Shown here: in pieces, positions 52,062 through 61,186 of the stretch | Numbering within the stretch: position 1 is the stretch's first letter | Layout of the letters: every line of letters begins with the position of its first letter | Assembly: GCA_946183915.1 (NCBI GenBank) | Contig: CAMHDJ010000007.1 | Span: 3,782 to 67,781 of the forward strand | Length of the DNA stretch: 64,000 bases | Direction of reading: 5' to 3' | Source: an uncultured Bacteroidales bacterium | Lineage (GTDB): Bacteria > Bacteroidota > Bacteroidia > Bacteroidales > P3 | Translations under genes and position numbers: made by a program | Notes under the pieces: generated by a model | What the model was told of the DNA's origin: nothing | Database searches by the model: none | Seen by the model: the letters and a program-made list of their open reading frames with translations, nothing else

Positions 52062-53039
52062 ATGCCCCTGCTGCTGGCCCTGGTCGGCTGCCATCCGGCC
52101 GCAGAACCGGTGCGCCTCTACGGCGCGGCGCAGGGCACCTACTACAGCATCCAATACCTCGACCCCGAACGGCGCAACCTGCAGCCGCAGGTCGACTCGC
52201 TGCTCGCAGCCTTCGACCAGTCGGCCTCGCTCTGGGTCGACAGTTCGCGGCTGCGTCAACTCAACGCAGGCCTCACCGACAGCCTGGACGACGTGCTGCT
52301 CTTCCTCCTCTCCCGCTCGCAGGAGATGATGGACTACACCGGCGGCGCCTTCGACCCCCGCGTGGGACGGCTGGTGCAGATGTGGGGTTTCAGCTTCCGT
52401 CAGCGCAGCGAACCCGACAGCGCCACGCTGGCCGACCTGCTCCGCGCCGCCCGCGGCGACATCGGATGGCACGGCCACCGCTACCATCGCCAGTATGAAG
52501 ACACGGAGCTCGACTTCAACGCCATCGCCCAAGGCTACGCCTCCGATCTGGTGGCAAAGCTGCTCGAGGGCTATGGCATACGCAACTACCTGGTCGACAT
52601 CGGGGGCGAAGTGGTGGCCCACGGCGACAAAGGGCACGGGCGCGCCTGGCACGTCGGCATAGAACGGCCGGCGGCAGACTCGCTGAGCGCCCCCGAGGTG
52701 CAGACCGCTATCGCGCTGCATGACGCCTCGGTGGTCACCTCGGGCAGCTATCGCAAATACTATGAACGCGACGGCGCCCGCTACTCCCACACCATCGACC
52801 CCGCCACGGGCCGCCCCGTGGAGCACACACTGCTGAGTGCATCGGTAGTGGAACGCGAGGCATGGCTGGCCGACGCCATGGCCACGGCCTATATGGTCAT
52901 GGGCCTCGAGCGTGCCAAAGAGTTCATCGCCGCCCATCCCGACGGGCCTGGGACGGCCGCAGTCTACTTCATCTACGACAGCTGCGGCAGCCTACAGACC
53001 TATGCCACCCCTGAATTCAAGAATCTAATAACAAAATAG
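52062..53039 (+). CDS. apbE: FAD:protein FMN transferase (ApbE family) lipoprotein
   Basis: The start MPLLLALVGC (lipobox) was chosen downstream of the terminator. FDPRVGRLVQMWGF, AIAQGYASD, VDIGGEV and SGSYRKY...HTIDPATGRP motifs. Confidence 0.85.
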   Translation: MPLLLALVGCHPAAEPVRLYGAAQGTYYSIQYLDPERRNLQPQVDSLLAAFDQSASLWVDSSRLRQLNAGLTDSLDDVLLFLLSRSQEMMDYTGGAFDPRVGRLVQMWGFSFRQRSEPDSATLADLLRAARGDIGWHGHRYHRQYEDTELDFNAIAQGYASDLVAKLLEGYGIRNYLVDIGGEVVAHGDKGHGRAWHVGIERPAADSLSAPEVQTAIALHDASVVTSGSYRKYYERDGARYSHTIDPATGRPVEHTLLSASVVEREAWLADAMATAYMVMGLERAKEFIAAHPDGPGTAAVYFIYDSCGSLQTYATPEFKNLITK

Positions 53040-53043
53040 GACT

Positions 53044-53904
53044 ATGAAATCAATGACTGGATATGCCAAGGTGCCATGCATCCTGGGCGAAAAGAAACTG
53101 AATATCGAGATAAAGACCCTGAACAGCAAGCAGCTGGACCTGATAGTGAAGCTGCCTGCCACGCTGCGCTCGCACGAGCTGGAGGTGCGCAGCCGCCTGA
53201 ACCGGCTGGAGCGAGGCAAGGTGGAATGCACGGTTAGCGAGGAGACAGGGAGCACTGTGGCCACCCTGAATGCCGATCTGCTAACGGCCCGCTACGAGGC
53301 TTTGCGACAGGTGGCCGAGCGCCTGCAGGCCCCGAAGGACGATCTGCTGGGGAGGCTGTCGACGATGAGCGACCTGTGGAACGGCGGCAGCGAGAGCGAG
53401 CTGAGCGAGCAAGAGTGGGAGACCTTCTGCCAGGGGCTGGAGCAGGCCATCGATGAGACCGACGCCTTCCGCAGCCACGAAGGGGCGGTGCTGGAGCAGG
53501 ACTTCCACCGTCACGTGGACCTGATCGAGGAGATGCTGGGCAAGATCCCGGCCTACGAGGCCGAGCGGATCGACACGGCCAAGGAGCGCATACGGCGTTG
53601 GATGGCCGAAGCCGACGTGAAAGAGGTGGACGAGAACCGCTTTGAGCAGGAGTTGATCTACTACCTGGAGAAGCTTGACATCACCGAAGAGAAGGTGAGG
53701 CTGCAGAAACACATCGACTACTTCCGGCAGACGATGGCCGAGGAGGCAACCTGCGGCAAGAAGCTGGGCTTTGTGGCGCAGGAGATGGGGCGGGAGATCA
53801 ACACGACGGGCTCGAAGGCGAACCACGTGGAGATCCAGCGCCTGGTGGTGGTGATGAAGGATGAGCTGGAGAAGATCAAGGAACAGCTAGGGAACGTGCT
53901 GTAG
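53044..53904 (+). CDS. yicC: YicC-family protein
   Basis: MKSMTGYA N-terminus and the C-terminal EMGREINTTGSKA motif. Confidence 0.85.
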   Translation: MKSMTGYAKVPCILGEKKLNIEIKTLNSKQLDLIVKLPATLRSHELEVRSRLNRLERGKVECTVSEETGSTVATLNADLLTARYEALRQVAERLQAPKDDLLGRLSTMSDLWNGGSESELSEQEWETFCQGLEQAIDETDAFRSHEGAVLEQDFHRHVDLIEEMLGKIPAYEAERIDTAKERIRRWMAEADVKEVDENRFEQELIYYLEKLDITEEKVRLQKHIDYFRQTMAEEATCGKKLGFVAQEMGREINTTGSKANHVEIQRLVVVMKDELEKIKEQLGNVL

Positions 53905-53923
53905 GGAAAGCGAGGGAGAGAGA

Positions 53924-53968
53924 CAAAAAGAGCGAGGGCTGCCGGATGGCAGCCCTCGCTTGTTTGTG
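53924..53968. terminator. Bidirectional terminator between convergent genes
   Basis: A 13-bp stem AGCGAGGGCTGCC / GGCAGCCCTCGCT with loop ggat, an A-run on the left and TGTTTGTG on the right. Confidence 0.75.
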
Positions 53969-53987
53969 TCAGCTAGTCGGGGTTCGA

Positions 53988-56798
53988 TTAGCGGACGATG
54001 AGTTTCTCAACCTTGCTGAAGGCGGCATTGGTGACGCGGACGAAGTAGGCGCCAGCGGGGATGCCGTTGAGGCTGACGGTGGTGTTGCCATTGCTGATCT
54101 CGGTGCTGTAGACCACGCGGCCGCTCATGTCGATGATGCTGCAGTCGGCCTTGCCGCTGAAGCCATTGATGTTGACATTGACGGAGCTGGTGGCGGGGTT
54201 GGGAGCGAGAGTCATGTTGATGGCATCCTCGACATCACCAATACCGAGGGCACGGTACTCGGTGGTGGCACCGATGCGGTGGTCGGCGGTGATGGTACGG
54301 AGGGTGACCTCATAGTACTTACGCACCATGGCAGGGGCCCAAGGCTCAGCATCGTTGGGGGTGTGGCCTTCCCAGTAGTGGACATAGTCGACCGGGGTCA
54401 CGATGGTGGTATCGTCGATGATGGAGACACCGTCGAGGGTGATGTCGGTGATGACGCGGCTGGGGATGAGCTGGTCGGGACCACCGGTGACGAGGTTATT
54501 GTAGTCGTCGGTCTGGCCCTCCTCGTCCATGAGGCCGGGGAAGACATAGTAGGTGACGGTGGACTGCTCGGGCACGGAGTCGGCGAAGCCGCAGATGACG
54601 CCACCGCGATAGATAGCGTAGTTGGTGTCGCCCTCGGCGCACTCACCAAAGATACCGTAGTTGGGGAGAACCATCTTGGGTCCAACGATGACGCGGATCA
54701 TGGGATAGTAGTCGATGTTGTAGGCCCAAACGCTGTGGTTTTCGGGGTTGGAACGGGCACCCTGGAGAGGATCGTAGGCGTGGGCATCGTAGGGCTTCAT
54801 CGAGGGGCTGACCTGGTTGTAGTAGGGAGCGTAGTCCTCGTTGTTGGTGTAGCGCGAGGCGGTGTCGGGATCGATGGTGCGGAGGTAGCTGTAGCTGGTG
54901 CGAGCCACGGCGAAGCGGGTACCGTCGGAGTGGTTGACATAGCCGAAGCGATACATGTGGTTGGGCTCGATGACGGGCTGCTCGGGGAAGAGGATGTTGA
55001 CAGCGTAGTAGGGCTGGTCGGGCAGGAGGGCGCCGGAAGCCTTCTCGAGAGGAGCGGACTCGCGGCCGATCTCGAAGATACCGTCGTCAGAACCCGTACC
55101 CATGAAGTAGAATCCGGTGTCGGCAACGGCCCGATCGGTGCCGGGGAGGATCTCGCCGGCGAAGCGGTAGATGACAGCGTAGGGCTCGATGAGCGAACCT
55201 TCGACCTCGTCGGCGGTGAGCTTGGTCGAGGTGACGAGCTCAAGACCGCGGAAGCGCCAGTCGGTGGGGACCACGGCGGGGGTGTTGTAGCGGGTGGTCA
55301 CCATGTAGCCGTTGGCATACTGGTGGTTGTCGTATTGACCACCACCGGCCGAGACGTAACCGCTGCGGAGGGGGTTGGTGGGATCGGTAGTGAACTGGTA
55401 GGCGAACTCGCTGCCGCTGGGGATCAGACCGTTATCGGTAGCCCAACGGTAGCCGGGGATGGTGCGGCCCATGGCGGAGTCGCGGGCGCTAACCTCCATG
55501 TTCTCGCTGACGGTGTAGGCAATGGTGTCGAGCTCGTAGACGTTCTCGCCGCTGCGAACCTGGAGCGAGTACTGGTGCATACCGGTACCGGTGGTGGGCA
55601 GGCCGACCTTGCCGTAGCTGGCGGGAATGGTCTGCTGGCCATAGTAACTGTAGTTGTCGGGGATGGCGTGGTCGTAGTAGGCGTCGTTGTTGTCGAAGCC
55701 GGTGTTGGGCACCATGTAGCCGCTCTCATCGAGGATGAGTGTGTAGCGGGTGCTGGGGTCCATACCGGGCATGTTGGCCTGGTTGCGGCTGATGAAGGCG
55801 TCGGCATCCCAAACGCCGTTGTAGGCATGGACACCGTTGAGGGTGACGTTGTTCATGGCGTTCAGGCCGAGGTTGCGGCCGGTCATGGCGAAGGCCAGAG
55901 GCACGCTGAAGCCCTCAGGCTGCATGCCGTAGAAGCCGTTGAGGTAGCCCAGGTTGGAGAAGGTCCAAGCGTTGGAAGGGCTGGCGACAACCGAGACGTC
56001 GTCGAGCATCCAGTGGTAGCCGTAGGGCACATCGCCCTCGGAGAAGAGACGGAAGCGGATCTGCAGCGAGCCGGTGGCAACAGCGTCGAGCGGGAGGGTG
56101 GCGCTGATGTAGGCAGGAGCAAGACCGGTCACTTCGCAGTCGACGCCGGTCACATTGACCTCGAAGGACTGCCAGCCGGAGCCGGTGTTGTAGTCGACGT
56201 AGCAGAGATCGTAGTATTTACGATAGAGCTGACGCCAACGGACGTCGATCATCTGCTCACCGGTGACGGTGATGTTCTCGTTGATGGTAAAGTAGGTGTT
56301 GATGGCGGTGTTGTCCTCGTCGAGCTCAGTGACGTCGAGGAGCATGAAACCGTCGTTGCCCTGCACGTTGTTGGCGGAGCCCATGTAGGCGACGATGGTT
56401 TGCGGAGAGACATAGTTCATCAAGTAGGAATACTCAGCGGCGAAGGCGTCGGAGAGGACCGTGTTGGTGTCGGCGATGCGGCGCCAGCGGAAGATGGGTT
56501 CCGTGCGGTTGTGTGCGTTGGTGGCACCCACAGCGGCACCGTCGATCTGGTCGGTGGCGTTGACGACGTTGATGGTGATCTTGGCCATGTCAGCCTCAGA
56601 GAAGGTGTAGGTGGCGAGGACGTCACCGGGAGCCTTCGTGAAGATGGAGGCCTTGTAGTCGACCGGGGCAGCTTTCTCCTCCGAGAAGGCGATGTCGGCC
56701 TTCTTGGGCATGCCGAGCTGGCGGGCGAGCTTCGAGGTCTGGGCCATGGACATCGTGGTGCACATGGCAAGACCCAAAACGATTAGTACTTTTTTCAT
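53988..56798 (-). CDS. Large T9SS type-A cargo protein of unknown function (936 aa)
   Basis: Signal peptide MKKVLIVLGLAMCTTMSMAQ. The C-terminus is LAPNPATSSVNVNINGF...GAYFVRVTN...KLIVR. The YGYHWMLDDVSV motif is reminiscent of choice-of-anchor-J-type domains, with low confidence. Confidence 0.8.
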   Translation of the reverse strand: MKKVLIVLGLAMCTTMSMAQTSKLARQLGMPKKADIAFSEEKAAPVDYKASIFTKAPGDVLATYTFSEADMAKITINVVNATDQIDGAAVGATNAHNRTEPIFRWRRIADTNTVLSDAFAAEYSYLMNYVSPQTIVAYMGSANNVQGNDGFMLLDVTELDEDNTAINTYFTINENITVTGEQMIDVRWRQLYRKYYDLCYVDYNTGSGWQSFEVNVTGVDCEVTGLAPAYISATLPLDAVATGSLQIRFRLFSEGDVPYGYHWMLDDVSVVASPSNAWTFSNLGYLNGFYGMQPEGFSVPLAFAMTGRNLGLNAMNNVTLNGVHAYNGVWDADAFISRNQANMPGMDPSTRYTLILDESGYMVPNTGFDNNDAYYDHAIPDNYSYYGQQTIPASYGKVGLPTTGTGMHQYSLQVRSGENVYELDTIAYTVSENMEVSARDSAMGRTIPGYRWATDNGLIPSGSEFAYQFTTDPTNPLRSGYVSAGGGQYDNHQYANGYMVTTRYNTPAVVPTDWRFRGLELVTSTKLTADEVEGSLIEPYAVIYRFAGEILPGTDRAVADTGFYFMGTGSDDGIFEIGRESAPLEKASGALLPDQPYYAVNILFPEQPVIEPNHMYRFGYVNHSDGTRFAVARTSYSYLRTIDPDTASRYTNNEDYAPYYNQVSPSMKPYDAHAYDPLQGARSNPENHSVWAYNIDYYPMIRVIVGPKMVLPNYGIFGECAEGDTNYAIYRGGVICGFADSVPEQSTVTYYVFPGLMDEEGQTDDYNNLVTGGPDQLIPSRVITDITLDGVSIIDDTTIVTPVDYVHYWEGHTPNDAEPWAPAMVRKYYEVTLRTITADHRIGATTEYRALGIGDVEDAINMTLAPNPATSSVNVNINGFSGKADCSIIDMSGRVVYSTEISNGNTTVSLNGIPAGAYFVRVTNAAFSKVEKLIVR

Positions 56799-56910
56799 TT
56801 TGTTTGATTTTTGATGATTAATATTTTGTCATTCCAAAGTTATCCTATTCTGTTCTCTTACAGACCCTTCGGCGCGTTTTCGAGCTTTCGGGGCCTATTC
56901 TTTTACGGTG

Positions 56911-56918
56911 CAAATATA
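56911..56918 (-). promoter_or_regulatory. -7 box TATATTTG (minus strand) for the 53988..56798 gene
   Basis: The reverse complement of caaatata matches TAnnTTTG, 113 nt upstream of the ATG. Confidence 0.45.
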
Positions 56919-56970
56919 GGCATTTTTTTTTACGTGGCAAAAAAATTGTGATATTTTAGGATTGTTTAAC

Positions 56971-57041
56971 GTGTGCGGAGGGGCTGCGGGGAGGGGCCGC
57001 GGGGGGCGCGGAACGGGGGGACGGGGCGGAGGGGAGGGTTG
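56971..57041. repeat. G-rich degenerate periodic tract
   Basis: Reads gtgtgcggagg ggctgcgggga ggggccgcggg gggcgcggaac ggggggacggg gcggaggggag. Confidence 0.7.
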
Positions 57042-57047
57042 GAAAAA

Positions 57048-57372
57048 TAGATCGTGCACGCGAAGGGAGCCTCCAGTGGAGGCTTCCGATAGCGAAGCGG
57101 AGAACGGCACCCTCCGCGGTGCCGTCGGCGCAACGCGCCGATGCTGCGATCCGAAAACGCAGCCCAAAACAGTCAATTTAAGTTAATTTAAGTCAAAAAA
57201 TTAGATCGTGCACGATCTAATTTGCACCTTTAAACCGTTCTAAACGAGATGTTTGGTCTTCCGGAAGTGTGTCAACCATGCTGGAAAACTCGCAAAACGC
57301 TGACAGGGCAAGGATTTCACCCTGGTTTTAAGAGAGTCATCAGGGAGTCATCAGGGAGTCATCAGGGAGCCA
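57048..57372 (-). repeat. Dispersed repeat family, copy C (inverted relative to A and B; carries the 115-bp module)
   Basis: The palindrome is at 57198-57223. 57061-57175 is the reverse complement of the copy B module. The copy ends with gagtcatcagg gagtcatcagg gagtcatcagg gagcc. Confidence 0.85.
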
Positions 57373-57416
57373 CCTAGTAACCATGGGCATTTCGGAGGGG
57401 TCGACACGAGAGTATT

Positions 57417-57686
57417 TTAAACGGCGAATGACTCGAATTACTCGAAGCTACGCAAGTTTTTTTAACGGCGAATTACTCGAATTACTCGAAGCTACGCAAG
57501 TTTTTTTAACGGCGAATTACTCGAATTACTCGAAGCTACGCAGGTTATTTGGGCTAATTACTCGAAGCTACGCAGGTTACTCTGTTTCATTTTTTAACGG
57601 CGAATTACTCGAATTACTCGAAGCTACGCAGGTTATTTGGGCTAATTACTCGAAGCTACGCAGGTTACTCAGTTTCGAGTAATTAG
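57417..57686. repeat. Complex tandem repeat (44-bp units and an 87-bp higher-order unit)
   Basis: The unit ttaacggcgaattactcgaattactcgaagctacgca(a/g)g occurs four times. The word attactcgaagctacgca occurs six times. 57505-57591 is repeated at 57592-57678. Confidence 0.9.
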
Positions 57687-57772
57687 ATTTGATGTCGGTG
57701 TCGGAGGTCAAATAAATCTAAAAAATGTACCATACACAATAAAAAGGGCGTTTTGGAGTTAATGGGGTTGAT

Positions 57773-59416
57773 ATGAAAGCAATGAGACTGACGATAGCGC
57801 TGGCGCTGGTGGCGCTGTGCGGCTGCGGGTCGCCGCGGCCGACGGCCGACACGTCGGCGGGCGCGCGGCGGTGGCAGCGGCCCCCGATACGCGAGGTGGA
57901 CGAGTCGCAGCTGAAGCAGGACGGGCGCCTGATCGACGCCGTGGCGCTGCAGGAGACGGGCCACCCCGACGAGGCGCTGGCGGCCTATGCAGCCCTGACG
58001 CACGACGAGCCGACGACGGCGGCGGCCTGGTACGGGCAGGCGGTGCTGCTGATGGAGCGCGGCTGGACCGACAGCGCGCTGCACTGCGCGCAGCGTGCCG
58101 TGGCGCTGCAGGGCGAGAACGAGTGGTACCTGCTGGCGCTGGCGCAGGCCGCCAAGCTGGCGGGCCGTCCGGCGGAGCACGTGGCGACCTGGGAGCGCCT
58201 GGCGGCGCTGCGGCCCGAGCGGCTGGAGTACAGCTACGAGCTTGCGACGGCCCACCTGGCCAACGGCGATGCGGCCCGTGCCGTGGAGGCGCTGAACCGC
58301 GTGGAGCGCCGCGTGGGGGTCACGGAGCCGGTGTCGCTGCGCAAGCAGCAGATCTGGGACGCCGCGGGCAAGCCCGACAAGGGGCTGCGCGAGCTGGAGG
58401 CCCTGGCCGACGCCATGCCGCAGGAGAAGCGCTACCAGGCCATCCTGGCCCAGCGCGCCATGCAGCAGAAGAACTACCGCAAGGCCAAACAATACTACGA
58501 CCGCATCCTGGCCTCGGATCCGGCCGACGACTACATACACCTGCAGCTGGCCGAGTATTACAAGGCCGTGGGCCAGCCGGCGGCGGCCGACAGCGAGATG
58601 GTGCAGGCCCTCGCCAACCCGCGGCTCGACACGCGAACCAAGCTGCAACTGCTCACATCGTTCTACACGGAGGAGGAGTTCTACGGCAGCCGGCGCGAGG
58701 TGTGCCTGCGGCTGATGGAGCAGGTGGCGCGCGAGAGCGACCAGCCCGAGGCGACGGCGGTCTACTACGGCGACGCGCTGATGCGCCAGGGCAAGTACGC
58801 CCAGGCCGCGGAGCAGCTGGAGATGGCCGTGGCCTACGACAGCTCGCGCTACGAGGTGTGGGAGGCGCTGCTGATCAGCCTGACCGAGGTGCCGGAGCGC
58901 GAGGCGGCGCTGGCCGACTATGCGCGGCGGGCCGAGCGGCTGTTTCCGATGCACACCCTGCCGCACCACCTGACGGGCCTCGTGGCCCTGCGCCACGAGC
59001 GCTACGACGAGGCCGTGGCGGCCCTGGAGAAGGCCGTCAAATGGGGCTTCACGAAGGGCTACCTGGAGGCCGAGACCTACAGCCTGCTGGCCGAAGCGCA
59101 CTACCGCAGCGGCCACTACGACCAGGCCTGGCTGGCTTTCGACCACTACCTGGCCCTGCGGCCCGACGACTGGAGCATGCTGAACAACTACGCCTACTAC
59201 CTGGCCGAGCAGGGCACCCAGCTGGAGAAGGCCGAGCGCATGAGCCGCCGCACCGTGGAGGCCGAGCCGCAGAACGCCAACAGCCTGGACACCTACGCCT
59301 GGATCCTGCACCTGATGGGCCGCGACGGCGAGGCGCGCCCCTACGCCGAACGGGCCGTGCGGCTCGATCCGCAGAACGCGACGCTGCGGCGTCACCTGGA
59401 GGAGATCGTCCGATGA
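57773..59416 (+). CDS. TPR-repeat lipoprotein
   Basis: Lipobox LVALCGC, followed by multiple TPR-like units through the rest of the protein. Confidence 0.8.
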   Translation: MKAMRLTIALALVALCGCGSPRPTADTSAGARRWQRPPIREVDESQLKQDGRLIDAVALQETGHPDEALAAYAALTHDEPTTAAAWYGQAVLLMERGWTDSALHCAQRAVALQGENEWYLLALAQAAKLAGRPAEHVATWERLAALRPERLEYSYELATAHLANGDAARAVEALNRVERRVGVTEPVSLRKQQIWDAAGKPDKGLRELEALADAMPQEKRYQAILAQRAMQQKNYRKAKQYYDRILASDPADDYIHLQLAEYYKAVGQPAAADSEMVQALANPRLDTRTKLQLLTSFYTEEEFYGSRREVCLRLMEQVARESDQPEATAVYYGDALMRQGKYAQAAEQLEMAVAYDSSRYEVWEALLISLTEVPEREAALADYARRAERLFPMHTLPHHLTGLVALRHERYDEAVAALEKAVKWGFTKGYLEAETYSLLAEAHYRSGHYDQAWLAFDHYLALRPDDWSMLNNYAYYLAEQGTQLEKAERMSRRTVEAEPQNANSLDTYAWILHLMGRDGEARPYAERAVRLDPQNATLRRHLEEIVR

Positions 59417-59985
59417 AGAGCGAACACACGACATATCACCCCCCCGCGGGCCAGCGGGGCCTGCCGGCGGCGCTGGCCGCGGCGCTGCTGCTGGCGGTGC
59501 TGGCGGCGGGCTGCCACGCGGGGCGCAAGGCGGCGGCGCCGAAGGTGCCGCCCGCCGACGGGACGACCGACACGGCGGTGGCCGTCGAGCTGCCGCCGCG
59601 GCCATACACGGTGATCAACTTCGAAGCCACGGTGCAGGGCCTCGTCGTCGACGGGCAGCTGCGGCTGGCCGAGGACAGCGTCCTCTGGCTGTCGGCCACC
59701 AAGGTGGTCGAAGTGGGGCGCGCCCTGGCGACGCCCGACTCGCTGTGGCTGCGCGCACCCCTGCTGGGGCGCGACGAGGCGATGGACTACGCCGCCCTGC
59801 GCCGCACCACCGGGGTGGCCATCACCTTCGACGAGATGCAGCAGATGCTGCTGGCCGACGACGCCGAGGAGCGTCTCAACGCCCTGGCCCGCCGCCTGGG
59901 CCTCGAGGCCACACTGCGCATCAAGGCGCGGCGACGCGTCGACCGCTTGACATTCCCTTACCCCAAAACCATACGACAACAATGA
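59413..59985 (+). CDS. Lipoprotein (190 aa), DUF4292/LolB-like by gene context
   Basis: Starts MKSEHTTYHPP...LLLAVLAAGCHAG (lipobox). It has ATGA overlaps with both neighbours. The family call rests on the TPR-gene context recalled from Bacteroides and is tentative. Confidence 0.6.
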   Translation: MKSEHTTYHPPAGQRGLPAALAAALLLAVLAAGCHAGRKAAAPKVPPADGTTDTAVAVELPPRPYTVINFEATVQGLVVDGQLRLAEDSVLWLSATKVVEVGRALATPDSLWLRAPLLGRDEAMDYAALRRTTGVAITFDEMQQMLLADDAEERLNALARRLGLEATLRIKARRRVDRLTFPYPKTIRQQ

Positions 59986-60716
59986 AAAAGAGACTGATAG
60001 CACTGATGCTGACCCTGCTGCCGCTGGCGGCCGGGGCTCAGGACACGGCCGTGGCCATCGTGGAACGCTACCTGCAGATGATCAACAGCGACGGCCTGCG
60101 GCCGGACAGCACCCTGGTGGTGGAGACGGAGATCACCTTCCACGGGTCGACCGACACGCTGCGCATGCGGCGCATGGAGGCCCGCGGGGGCATGCATCGC
60201 GTCGAGATGTGGCGCGGCGACAGCCTGACGATGGGCTTCTGCACCAACGGCACCACGCGCTTCCGCAAGTACGCGGCCCACATGGGATGGTGGAACGACG
60301 TCGACAGCCTGGAGATGGTCCGGCTCCTGGAGCCCTACGACCTCTGGGGACCGCTGCACGGCTGGCGCGAGAAAGGCATCGCGCTGGAGTACCGCGGCAC
60401 GAGCTCGCTCAAAGGGCAAACCCTGCTGGTGGTGCGCGCCCGGCAGCAAGACCGCTACACGCGCCAGTACCTCTTCGAGCAATCGAGCGGCCTGCTGCTG
60501 ATCATCCTCGAGGAGGACGACCTGCCGGTGACCGACGAACGCCTGAAAGCACTGCGCATCAGCCCGCTGCAGTACAAGATCTACCACGAATACCAGCCCG
60601 TGGGCGAGAGCCTGGTGACCTCGCAGGAGAGCTACATGCGCGACAACCTGCTGACCATCATGGAGAGCAAAGCCCGCTACGAAGCCTTCAACCCCCTGGT
60701 GTTCAACCAGGACTAA
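59982..60716 (+). CDS. Hypothetical secreted protein (244 aa)
   Basis: Signal peptide MKKRLIALMLTLLPLAAGAQ. The ATG overlaps the upstream stop. No family is recognised. Confidence 0.6.
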   Translation: MKKRLIALMLTLLPLAAGAQDTAVAIVERYLQMINSDGLRPDSTLVVETEITFHGSTDTLRMRRMEARGGMHRVEMWRGDSLTMGFCTNGTTRFRKYAAHMGWWNDVDSLEMVRLLEPYDLWGPLHGWREKGIALEYRGTSSLKGQTLLVVRARQQDRYTRQYLFEQSSGLLLIILEEDDLPVTDERLKALRISPLQYKIYHEYQPVGESLVTSQESYMRDNLLTIMESKARYEAFNPLVFNQD

Positions 60717-60735
60717 CCCCCCGAAAGAGCGCCCT

Positions 60736-61185
60736 ATGAGCATCTTTGACAATCCGGACGAATACTACATGCGCGAAGCGCTGCGCGAAGCACGGGCGGC
60801 CGCCGCCGAGGACGAGGTGCCCATCGGGGCCGTCATCGTCAGCGGCGAGCGCATCATTGCCCGCGCACACAACCAGACGGAGCGCCTGCACGACGTCACG
60901 GCCCACGCCGAGATGCTGGCCTTCACGGCCGCCGAGGAGCACCTCGGGGCCAAATACCTGCAGGAGTGCACCCTCTACGTCACCGTCGAACCCTGCCCCA
61001 TGTGCGCCGGAGCGGCAGGCTGGACGCAGGTGGGCCGCATCGTCTACGGCGCCGCCGACCCCAAGCGGGGCTACTCGCTGCTGACCGGACCGGTGCTGCA
61101 CCCGAAGACCGAGGTGGTCGGTAGCGTGCTGGCCGACGAGTGCGAGGCTTTGATCAAGGAATTCTTCAAACGTAAACGTCAATAA
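60736..61185 (+). CDS. tadA: tRNA adenosine(34) deaminase
   Basis: The HAEMLA and PCPMCAGA zinc-binding motifs of the CDA fold. Confidence 0.9.
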   Translation: MSIFDNPDEYYMREALREARAAAAEDEVPIGAVIVSGERIIARAHNQTERLHDVTAHAEMLAFTAAEEHLGAKYLQECTLYVTVEPCPMCAGAAGWTQVGRIVYGAADPKRGYSLLTGPVLHPKTEVVGSVLADECEALIKEFFKRKRQ

Positions 61186-61186
61186 T

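Noticed and set aside
53946-56786. 946-aa plus-strand ORF, almost the full length of the 936-aa minus-strand gene
   Set aside because: This is a shadow ORF of a high-GC3 gene. Its product is Gly/Val/Asp/Ala low complexity with no signal peptide or motifs. The minus-strand product has a signal peptide and a T9SS CTD.
57383-57682. 99-aa ORF (MGISEGSTREYFKRRMTRITRSYASFFNGELLELLEATQ...)
   Set aside because: It is encoded entirely by the 44/87-bp tandem repeat, and its internal peptide repeats simply mirror the DNA repeats. There is no promoter box and no independent support.
57417-57686. Possible CRISPR array
   Set aside because: The repeat spacing is irregular (about 30-58 bp between core words) and the spacers are themselves repeated. 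There are no unique spacers and no cas genes in the window.
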